From: Gaiellaceae bacterium
Lineage (GTDB): Bacteria > Actinomycetota > Thermoleophilia > Gaiellales > Gaiellaceae
DNA length: 64,000 nt
Direction: 5' to 3'
Assembly (NCBI GenBank): GCA_035776735.1
Contig: DASSSO010000033.1
Coordinates: 582 to 64,581, forward strand
Positions 57,119-64,000 of the stretch are shown in pieces. Below the pieces are notes generated by a model. The model had not been told where the DNA came from and searched no databases. It saw only the letters and a list, made by a program, of their open reading frames with translations. Both the position numbers and the translations under genes were made by a program. The number at the start of each line of letters is the position of its first letter. Within the stretch, counting starts at the first letter, position 1.

Positions 57119-58600
57119 GTGGGTCGCCGTTTTCTCCTGCTTTCGAGCATCTTCTTCGTCGCCCAGGCCGGGAGCGCGCAGGCGCTGCAACCGGGCCACG
57201 CCGGCCGAGCCGGCATGGCCCTCGAAGCAGGCAGCGCAAGCGCCGCCTATGCCAAGACCGAGCACACCCTGCCGATGGGTGACGGCGTCTCCCTCGCCGC
57301 CACGCTCTACACGCCGCCCGGCGCGGCCCCTCAGGGCGGCTGGCCCGCCGTCCTCTTGCTCCACGGGCTCGGCGGCAACCGCAGCTCGACGAACGCGATC
57401 GCCGAGGCGCACCTGGCGCCGCACGGCTACGTGGTGCTGACCGTGGACGCGCGGGGCCACGGCGCCTCGGGCGGGCAGTCCTCACTCGTCGGCCCCCGGG
57501 AGCTCGCGGACTACGCGACCGTGCTCCAGTGGCTGCGGCTGCAGCCGGGCGTGAGCGACCTGAACGTCGGTGCGCTCGGCATCTCGCTCGGCGGCGGCTC
57601 GGTCTGGAAGCTGCTCACGGCGCCGGGCACCCGGCTCAGGGCCGCCGTCCCGATGACCACGTGGACGAGCCTCTACGACTCGCTGCTGCCGCAGGGACTC
57701 GTCAAGTCCGGCCTCGTCGCGTACTTCCACAACCTGCTCCCGCCCGAGCGGTGGGACCCGGGCGTGACGGCGCTGCGGGACGACGCGCTGCAGGGACGGA
57801 ACGACGCGGCGATCCGGGCGTTCGCCGCGGCGCGCTCGGTCCGCGCCGACCTGACGAAGATCCGCACGCCGGTCTTCATGCTCCAGGGCCGCCGCGACTA
57901 CGCATTCGACATGCAGGAAGCGCTGACCGCCTTCTCCCGGCTGCGAGGGCCGAAGCGCCTCTACCTCGGCGGCCTCGGCCACGCCCCGGCGCCGAACCCG
58001 GCCGCCGAGCAGCCGTACTACTTCGGCCAGATCCGGATGTGGTTCGACCGGTTCCTCAAGGGGCAGCTGAACGGGATCGACACGCGGCCGCGGATCGAGC
58101 TCGCGCCCGATCCGTGGCGGGCACGCACCTACCAGGCCGCCCGCCTGCCGGCCCGCAAGGTGCTCCGCCTGACGTTCCGCGGCCGGCGGACGGTCGACGG
58201 AGCCGGCAAGGTCGTCCGCACGGTCGCCGCCACCCGCCGCCTGAACGAGACGTTCGGCCACGCGCTCGTCTCCGTGAAGGCCTCGACGCCGACGGGGTGG
58301 TCGCATCTCGTCGCCGTCCTCTCGGCCCTGACGCCGAAGGGCGAGGAGGTGGTCGTCAGCCAGGGCGGTGTCCCGACGACGACCCTGCGCGGGACGACGC
58401 GCATCCTCACAATCCGGCTCATGAGCCAGGCGACGACGATCCCGCGGGGCTCCCGCCTCCGCCTGACCCTGGCCGGCGTCTCGACCGCCCAGAACCCGAG
58501 CAACCTTCTCTACCTCACAGGCCCGGAGACGGCGTCGCGCCTCCGGATCGGCGAGGCGAAGGTCGTCCTGCCCGTCCTCCGGCGACCGGTCTCCCGATGA
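57119..58600 (+). CDS. secreted alpha/beta hydrolase, CocE/NonD (X-Pro dipeptidyl-peptidase S15-like) family
   Basis: Signal peptide RRFLLLSSIFFVAQAGSAQA. LLLHGLGG, DARGHGASGG and the nucleophile elbow GISLGG. A C-terminal beta-sandwich-like region is present. GTG 57119. Confidence 0.65.
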   Translation: MGRRFLLLSSIFFVAQAGSAQALQPGHAGRAGMALEAGSASAAYAKTEHTLPMGDGVSLAATLYTPPGAAPQGGWPAVLLLHGLGGNRSSTNAIAEAHLAPHGYVVLTVDARGHGASGGQSSLVGPRELADYATVLQWLRLQPGVSDLNVGALGISLGGGSVWKLLTAPGTRLRAAVPMTTWTSLYDSLLPQGLVKSGLVAYFHNLLPPERWDPGVTALRDDALQGRNDAAIRAFAAARSVRADLTKIRTPVFMLQGRRDYAFDMQEALTAFSRLRGPKRLYLGGLGHAPAPNPAAEQPYYFGQIRMWFDRFLKGQLNGIDTRPRIELAPDPWRARTYQAARLPARKVLRLTFRGRRTVDGAGKVVRTVAATRRLNETFGHALVSVKASTPTGWSHLVAVLSALTPKGEEVVVSQGGVPTTTLRGTTRILTIRLMSQATTIPRGSRLRLTLAGVSTAQNPSNLLYLTGPETASRLRIGEAKVVLPVLRRPVSR

Positions 58601-59817
58601 GGCCGGTGCTCGCCGTCGTCGCCCTCGCGGCGGCGTTCGCGGTCGCCCTGCCGGGCGCGCACGCCGGCTCGGCGGCGGATCCCGGCGTGACCTCGAGCTC
58701 GATCCTCCTCGGCGGAACCGTCCCGCTGACCGGGCCCGCCGCGGCTTTCGCGGCCGTCGCTCCGGGCGCGGACGCGTACTTCCGGTACGTGAACGACCGG
58801 GGCGGCGTCTTCGGGAGGAAGATCCGGTACAAGTACGTCGACGACGGGTTCGAGATCCCCCGGACCGTCGACCAGACGCGGCGGCTCGTCCAGCAGGACC
58901 GCGTCTTCGCGATCTTCAACGCGATCGGGACCGAGCACGCGATCGCCGTCCGGCCGTACCTGAACCAGGTGCGCGTCCCGCACGTCTTCACGGGGACCGG
59001 CGCGAGCACGTTCCACAAGGACCGCGCCCGCTATCCATGGTCGATGGGCTATCTCCCGAGCTTCACCGGCGAAGGAGCGATCTACGGGAGGTACATCGCC
59101 CGCACGATGCCGAGCGCGCGGATCGGCGTGCTCTACGAGAACACCGACTACGGCCGCGACCTCACGAACGGGCTGCGGCGCGGGCTCGGCCGCCGCGCGA
59201 ATCGGATCGTCGCCGTGCGGAGCTACGAGATCACCGACGCCGACGTCAACTCCCAGATCTCCCAGCTGAAGCGCTCCGGGGCGAACACCTTCATGCTCTT
59301 CGCGACGCCGGGCTTCGCGATCCAGGCGTTCCTCGGCGCGCATCGCCAGGCCTGGCACCCGCGGACGTTCATCAGCTCGGTCTCGATCGAGCCGTCGATC
59401 ATGAAGGTGATCCGCCTCAACACGAGCTCCCGGGCCACGAGCGGGACGATCAGCATGGGCTACCTCAAGGACCCGACGTCGCCCACGTGGAAGCGCGATC
59501 GCGCGATCCTGCTCTACCGGCAGATCATGCGGCGCTACCTGCCGGGGCGGAAGGCGAGCGACGTCTACCACTACTACGGCATGGCGGTCGCACACTCGAT
59601 GGTGCACGCGCTGCGCAAGTCCGGACGGAACCTGAGCCGGGCGGGGCTCCGCAACGCCGTGACGCACCTGAACCAGGCGGACAACCCGTTCCTGCTCCCG
59701 GGCGTCGCCGTCCGCACGTCGCCGTCGAACTACTACCCGATCGCGAAGGCCAAGCTCTTCAGATACAGCGCCCAGGGGCAGTGGGTCCCCTTCGGCCGGC
59801 TGCTTGCGGCCCGTTAA
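58597..59817 (+). CDS. periplasmic solute-binding protein, LivJ/branched-chain-amino-acid-type (type I PBP), with no permease genes nearby
   Basis: Signal peptide. ILLGGTVPLTGPAAAFA, VDDGFEIPRTVDQTRRLVQQDRVFAIFNAIGT and IGVLYENTDYGRD. The ATG overlaps the upstream TGA (ATGA). Confidence 0.75.
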   Translation: MRPVLAVVALAAAFAVALPGAHAGSAADPGVTSSSILLGGTVPLTGPAAAFAAVAPGADAYFRYVNDRGGVFGRKIRYKYVDDGFEIPRTVDQTRRLVQQDRVFAIFNAIGTEHAIAVRPYLNQVRVPHVFTGTGASTFHKDRARYPWSMGYLPSFTGEGAIYGRYIARTMPSARIGVLYENTDYGRDLTNGLRRGLGRRANRIVAVRSYEITDADVNSQISQLKRSGANTFMLFATPGFAIQAFLGAHRQAWHPRTFISSVSIEPSIMKVIRLNTSSRATSGTISMGYLKDPTSPTWKRDRAILLYRQIMRRYLPGRKASDVYHYYGMAVAHSMVHALRKSGRNLSRAGLRNAVTHLNQADNPFLLPGVAVRTSPSNYYPIAKAKLFRYSAQGQWVPFGRLLAAR

Positions 59818-59832
59818 CCACCCTGAAAAGAT

Positions 59833-59854
59833 GCGGCCTCACGAGAGAGGCCGC
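59833..59854 (+). terminator. 8-bp GC hairpin after the solute-binding-protein gene
   Basis: gcggcctc-acgaga-gaggccgc, 16 nt after the stop. Weak T-tract. Confidence 0.5.
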
Positions 59855-59900
59855 AACTGATTGCGAAAACCTTCGTCTCACCCCACTGAAAGGGGGTCTC

Positions 59901-60998
59901 TTGTCTAAAACCATCCGCTTCGTCCTGCTCTCGTCCGTGTGCGCCCTTGCGCTCGCATTCGGGGGCAACGCGCTCGCGGCATACAACCCGTCGTTGCTCG
60001 TGGCCGGCACCAGCCATGCCACCGGAAGCGGCGGCCCCGTGGTCATCGGGGTCGGCCAGGACCAGAACGACGACGCCACGGGCGTCCTCAACATCTACGC
60101 ACCACTCGGGTACGGCGTCACGCTGACGCAGGCGCCGGGAACGCAAATCGGCGTCCTCGAGGCGACCGTCCTGGTCCGCGCGCTGGCGAACGCCCGCGTG
60201 CCCATCCAGGGAACCGTGATCGCACAGGACCCGGGCCGGTACACGAACCCGGCCCAGTACCCGTGCGGTGGCGGCGTCCGCCACGAGGCCGTCTGGCAGA
60301 TCGAGTCGACTCTGGCGGGGAACCCGCTGCAGATTCCCATCTACGTCGACCGAGTCACGAGCGGCCCGGAGGCGCAGTTCGCGTCCGCGAAGATGCGGAT
60401 CTGCCTCGCTTCGCCGTACATCCCGCCGCCGCAGGGCGCGGCCGCGGGCGCGTCGCTGATCGTCGCCGCGTTCTCCGTGGCCGGCGTCTTCAGCAACCCG
60501 GCCACCCGGGGGAGCTACCCGTGGAATGCCCTGTTCATCCCGTACGCACCGGGCACGGGGACGCTGAACCCGACGAACGCCGCGCAGAGCACGTCCTACA
60601 CGCGCCTGCCCGTGCAGCTCTCCGTCACCGCGAAGAAGTTCAAGCGCGGGAAGCGGTCGTTCGCACGCGTCACTGCCTGCCTCAACGAGTCTGGACAGGC
60701 TGTTCGCGGCGTCAGGGTGAACATCCTCGCCGGGCGGACCGCTCGGAGGACCGGCCGCGTGGCGTTCGGGCGCACCAACTCGCGCGGCTGCGTGACCCGG
60801 ACGGTCAGGCTGCGCTACCGCGTGACGTTCTTCCGTGCATCGACCTCGGTGCCCGACCGGGACGTCACGAGCTCACCCGGCTGCACCCCGGCGCTGTCCG
60901 CGGCGCCCGGGACACTGCCGCCGGCCCGCTGCACGTCGGCGACGCTGGCTCCCGTGCTCCAGCTCTTCAGCCGGAACACGGCGCGAGTGCGCCGCTAG
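59901..60998 (+). CDS. hypothetical secreted protein (365 aa)
   Basis: TTG start after AAAGGGGG. Signal peptide KTIRFVLLSSVCALALAFGGNALA. No family recognised. Confidence 0.55.
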   Translation: MSKTIRFVLLSSVCALALAFGGNALAAYNPSLLVAGTSHATGSGGPVVIGVGQDQNDDATGVLNIYAPLGYGVTLTQAPGTQIGVLEATVLVRALANARVPIQGTVIAQDPGRYTNPAQYPCGGGVRHEAVWQIESTLAGNPLQIPIYVDRVTSGPEAQFASAKMRICLASPYIPPPQGAAAGASLIVAAFSVAGVFSNPATRGSYPWNALFIPYAPGTGTLNPTNAAQSTSYTRLPVQLSVTAKKFKRGKRSFARVTACLNESGQAVRGVRVNILAGRTARRTGRVAFGRTNSRGCVTRTVRLRYRVTFFRASTSVPDRDVTSSPGCTPALSAAPGTLPPARCTSATLAPVLQLFSRNTARVRR

Positions 60999-61011
60999 AG
61001 AGAACGCAACC

Positions 61012-61037
61012 GAGAGGGCCCCGACCGGGGCCCTCTC
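61012..61037 (+). terminator. 11-bp GC hairpin after the secreted-protein gene
   Basis: gagagggcccc-gacc-ggggccctctc. Confidence 0.55.
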
Positions 61038-61051
61038 ACTATCCTGCAGGG

Positions 61052-61975
61052 ATGGCCGCGCAGATCCGCGTCGGCACCTGCTCGTGGGCCGACGAAGCGC
61101 TCTCGAAGTACTTCTACCCGCCGGGCCTCAAGGCGGGCGACCGCCTTGCCTACTACGCCGAGCACTTCGACACCGTCGAGCTCGACTCCACCTACTACCG
61201 ACTTCCGGTCGAGTCGATGGCTGCCCGGTGGGCCGAGCAGACCCCGGAGGGCTTCGTCATGCACGTGAAGGCGTTCGGCGTCATGACTCGCCACCCCGTG
61301 AAGAAGGAGCAGCTGCCGACCGACCTCCGCGAGGCAGCCCCGGTCGACGAGAAGGGCCGCATCGACCGTCCGCCGCGGGAGTTCCGCGCCGAGGTCTTCA
61401 GGCGGTTTCGGGAGGCGCTCGAGCCGCTCCGGGCGGCGGGGAAGCTGGGCGGGACGCTCTTCCAGTTCCCCTCGTACGTCGTCTACAAGGACCTCTCCCT
61501 CGACTATCTCGCGTGGGCGAAGGAGCAGATGGGCGAGGACGAGATGCTGGTCGAGTTCCGCCACTCGAGCTGGTACGAGGAGGACGTGCGCCGGGACGTG
61601 CTTTCGTTCCTCGAGGAGCACGGGATGTCGCTCGTCGTCGTCGATGCGCCGAAGGTGGACGCGAAGAATGTCCCGCGGACGCTGCTCGCGCTCACCTCGC
61701 CGACGCTCTACGTCCGCTTCCACGGCCGGAACGCGGACACGTGGAACGTGCGCGGGAAGAGTGCCGCCGAGCGGTTCGACTACCTGTACTCGGAGGACGA
61801 GCTGCGGGAGTGGGTCGAGCCGCTGCGCGAGCTCGCCGGGCAGGCCGAGAACGCGTACGCGGTTTTCAACAACAACAACCGCGCGCCCGGCCCGAACGGG
61901 AGCTGGGTCGCGCAGGCGGCGACGAACGCGCAGCAGTTCCGGCAGCTCCTGGCGGAAGCCGGCGTCCCGGCTTAG
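61052..61975 (+). CDS. DUF72 family protein
   Basis: IRVGTCSW, YY...F..VELDSTYY.LP, G.LFQFP and RFHGRN are hallmark DUF72 blocks. Confidence 0.85.
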   Translation: MAAQIRVGTCSWADEALSKYFYPPGLKAGDRLAYYAEHFDTVELDSTYYRLPVESMAARWAEQTPEGFVMHVKAFGVMTRHPVKKEQLPTDLREAAPVDEKGRIDRPPREFRAEVFRRFREALEPLRAAGKLGGTLFQFPSYVVYKDLSLDYLAWAKEQMGEDEMLVEFRHSSWYEEDVRRDVLSFLEEHGMSLVVVDAPKVDAKNVPRTLLALTSPTLYVRFHGRNADTWNVRGKSAAERFDYLYSEDELREWVEPLRELAGQAENAYAVFNNNNRAPGPNGSWVAQAATNAQQFRQLLAEAGVPA

Positions 61976-62779
61976 GTGCCGACCGCCTACCCGGAGCTGA
62001 ACCCCGTGCTCGCGGAGCTCGTGGCGGGAGCCCGCGCCGTGCTCGGCGAGAATTTCGTCGGCGCCTACCTGCAGGGCTCGTTCGCGGTCGGGGACGCGGA
62101 CGAGCACAGCGACGTCGACTTCCTCGTCGTCACGAGCCGCGAGGTCGACGAGACGGAACAGGAAGGGCTTCGGCGGCTCCACGAGCGGCTCTTCGCGCTC
62201 GAGACGCCCTGGGCGCAGCACCTCGAAGGGTCGTACGCGCCGCTGGAGCAGCTCCGGCACGTCGATCCGGACCGATCGCCGTGGTTCTACTTCGACAACG
62301 GCGCGACGGAGCCGACCTGGGACGGCCACGACAACACGGCCGTCGTGCGGTGGTCGCTTCGCGAGCGCGGTGCCGTCCTCGCCGGGCCTGCCCCGGCGAG
62401 CCTGGTCGACCCGGTCTCGGCCGACGTCCTGCAGGCCCAGGTCACGGATGACATCGTCGCCTTCGGCGACTGGCTCCGCGAACGGGACGGCTGGAGCGTG
62501 CGGTTGCAGAACCTCGTCGTCGTCACGTACTGCCGCTTCCTCCACACGCTGGAGACCGGGATGGTCACCTCCAAGCGGCAGGCGGGCGAATGGGCGCTCG
62601 GCGCCCTCGATCCTGCGTGGACGGATCTGATCCGGCAGGCGCTCGCGGACCGGCCGGATCCCTGGCGGAAGGTCCACGAGGCCGCCGACGAGGCGCTCGT
62701 CGCGCGGACGTTCGCGTTCGTCGACTATGCCGCCGAGGTCGCTAGAGGCTCTGCAGGAACTCGCCGAGCAGCTCGTTGA
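61976..62779 (+). CDS. nucleotidyltransferase-domain protein (aminoglycoside adenylyltransferase-like, with DUF4111-like C-terminal half)
   Basis: GAYLQGSFAVGDADEHSDVDFLVV (G-S...D.D NTase motif). The C-terminal helical region is as in ANT(3'')-like proteins. A resistance function is not implied. Confidence 0.65.
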   Translation: MPTAYPELNPVLAELVAGARAVLGENFVGAYLQGSFAVGDADEHSDVDFLVVTSREVDETEQEGLRRLHERLFALETPWAQHLEGSYAPLEQLRHVDPDRSPWFYFDNGATEPTWDGHDNTAVVRWSLRERGAVLAGPAPASLVDPVSADVLQAQVTDDIVAFGDWLRERDGWSVRLQNLVVVTYCRFLHTLETGMVTSKRQAGEWALGALDPAWTDLIRQALADRPDPWRKVHEAADEALVARTFAFVDYAAEVARGSAGTRRAAR

Positions 62780-63383
62780 AGCGGTTCCGCCGCTCGACGT
62801 TCGTGAAGTGCCCGGCGCCTTCGAGCAGCTCGAGGCGGCCGTTCGGCGCCGAGGCCACGATCTCGCGGGCCTCGGCGGCCGAGAGGAAGGGATCCTCGCT
62901 GCCGACGACGACCCAGAGGGGACCCTCGAAGGCCCGGACGACATCCGTGGAGTCGCGCCGGTCGCGCAGCGCCTCGGTCGCGCGGATCAGCTCCTCCACG
63001 GTCCGTTCCGGCGGCGGAGGCGCGGGCGCGGTTGGGGCCCACGCCTCGATCCCCTGCTCGCGGAGCGTCTCGATCGCGGCGTTCCGCGCCGCTTTCCGGT
63101 CGGCGTCGTCGGCGCCGGCACGCGCGCCTGCGAGGAAGAGGCCGCGGGCCCGCTCGGGTGCCAGCCGCGCCAGCGCAAGCGCGACGTAGCCGCCCATGGA
63201 CGCCCCGACGGCGGCGAAGTCGTCGTCGAAGCCGTCCCAGATCTGCTCCGCCCAGCCGTCGATCGAGTTCCCACCGAGCTCGTAGAGGTTCGGGGCGATC
63301 ACCTCGTGGCCCTCGAGCGCATCGCGCTGCGGCGCCCACATCTCGGGGCCGAGCGGGAAGGCGTGAAGGAGGACGACCTTCAC
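62742..63383 (-). CDS. alpha/beta-fold hydrolase
   Basis: VVLLHAFP, the nucleophile elbow GASMGG and C-terminal GAGHF. Confidence 0.75.
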   Translation of the reverse strand: MKVVLLHAFPLGPEMWAPQRDALEGHEVIAPNLYELGGNSIDGWAEQIWDGFDDDFAAVGASMGGYVALALARLAPERARGLFLAGARAGADDADRKAARNAAIETLREQGIEAWAPTAPAPPPPERTVEELIRATEALRDRRDSTDVVRAFEGPLWVVVGSEDPFLSAAEAREIVASAPNGRLELLEGAGHFTNVERRNRFNELLGEFLQSL

Positions 63384-63997
63384 GCCTGCTCCACGACCAC
63401 CGCGCCGGGCAGCTCCCGCGCCTGCTCGAACCGCAGCTCCGCGCCCTCGAGGCCAAGCGCAGCCGCGACGTCGGCGAGCAGCTCCTCGGCGGGCGGCAAC
63501 TCGTCCGGCGACTCGGCGGTCCGCGCGACCGACCTGATCCGGCCCGGGTCGGCGCCCGTCAGCCGGGAGAGGACCGTGGGGTTCGCCCGCAGCGCGATCG
63601 CATCGCCGGGAGCGACGTTGCGGAGGCTCGGCACGGAGACGTACTCGTCCATCAGCCGGCCCCGCTCCATCGCGATCAGATGGACGATGCGGGCGTACTC
63701 GACGCCGATCGTGATCGTGACGTGGGCGGACGCGCTGGAGAGCTCCCTGCCGAGCGCGCGAAGCTTGTCCGGGTCGAGCTCGGCGACCTCGTCGTAGACG
63801 GCGATCCAGCCGTTCCTGGGCGGCGAGACGACGGTCTCGCGGGAGGTCAGGACGCGAGGGACGAGCCGCTGAACGAGCTTGGTCACGGCCGCCTGGTCGT
63901 CGGTCTGCAGATGGACGGCGCCGAACGATCCTTGCTCGAGCTCCTGCGCCGTCTCCTCGTCATCCGCGGCGGCCGCGCGGAGCAGCGCGAGCGCCAC
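63380..63997 (-). CDS. hypothetical protein; the 5' end may lie beyond the window
   Basis: High third-codon GC. The stop overlaps the downstream start. No upstream stop is visible before the window end. No family recognised. Confidence 0.45.
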   Translation of the reverse strand: MALALLRAAAADDEETAQELEQGSFGAVHLQTDDQAAVTKLVQRLVPRVLTSRETVVSPPRNGWIAVYDEVAELDPDKLRALGRELSSASAHVTITIGVEYARIVHLIAMERGRLMDEYVSVPSLRNVAPGDAIALRANPTVLSRLTGADPGRIRSVARTAESPDELPPAEELLADVAAALGLEGAELRFEQARELPGAVVVEQA

Positions 63998-64000
63998 GCC

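Noticed and set aside
57099-57440. ORF 57099..57440, whose TTG start lies 9 nt after a good AAGGAG.
   Set aside because: The product (MIYPLSPWVAVFSCFRASSSSPRPGARRR...) is low-complexity and out of frame with the hydrolase. The hydrolase's signal peptide and catalytic motifs are clear in the 57119 frame.

Overview
By eye the window is very GC-rich (not computed) and densely packed with about 75 genes. It looks like chromosomal core from an Actinomycetota-like organism; the taxon is inferred from gene content and codon style only. Many neighbouring genes overlap by 4 nt (ATGA/GTGA). The long Arg/Pro/Gly-rich ORFs in the track are mostly antisense or shadow artefacts of the GC bias.

Recognisable content, in order:
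- ctaG-like (partial), a PAS protein, tRNA-Pro(TGG), an EamA transporter and a CAP/SCP protein.
- A receiver-only response regulator plus a 1243-aa multi-GAF/PAS histidine kinase.
- ispH, ileS, trxA, a DAGK-family kinase, a NUDIX hydrolase and a cNMP-binding protein.
- A DUF1800-DUF1501-cupredoxin operon.
- A serine hydrolase, RidA, YbdK, and an ECF sigma/anti-sigma pair.
- A peroxiredoxin, a large membrane protein, YciI, tag, fabI, an S8 peptidase, an SDR and two thioredoxin-fold proteins.
- cca, alr, nnr, acpS, a HAD hydrolase, arfB, glmS, glmM and rpsI-rplM.
- A membrane/cupredoxin pair, a UDG-like protein, a PLD-like protein and a nitroreductase.
- guaA, a guaB3-like gene, pfkB, dac, a LysM protein, pyrF, hup, pyrE and a Roadblock/LC7 protein.
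- YihY, rdgB, mgtC, rph, murI, a CocE/NonD-type hydrolase, an orphan solute-binding protein, DUF72, a nucleotidyltransferase and an alpha/beta hydrolase.

No rRNA, CRISPR array, transposase or integrase was seen.

Signals the ORF track does not explain:
1. An in-frame UGA sits exactly at the catalytic-Cys position of a peroxiredoxin and is followed by a SECIS-like hairpin. This is a probable selenoprotein that the ORF caller split in two.
2. A perfect 21-bp AT-rich inverted repeat pair lies 188 bp apart inside a membrane-protein CDS. The reading frame stays open in both orientations, so it is a candidate intragenic inverton.
3. A 30-nt inverted-repeat pair brackets an 89-aa ORF between ispH and ileS. 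Its mismatches become G:U pairs only on the coding-strand RNA.
4. Both repeat pairs share the core TTGTGTTnCAT.
5. Two genes (DAGK-family and rdgB) have no canonical start codon at their homology-defined N-terminus. Both begin at a GTAG junction, where a GTA codon overlaps the upstream gene's TAG stop.
6. There are also several unannotated micro-ORFs, repeated palindromes and structured spacers.
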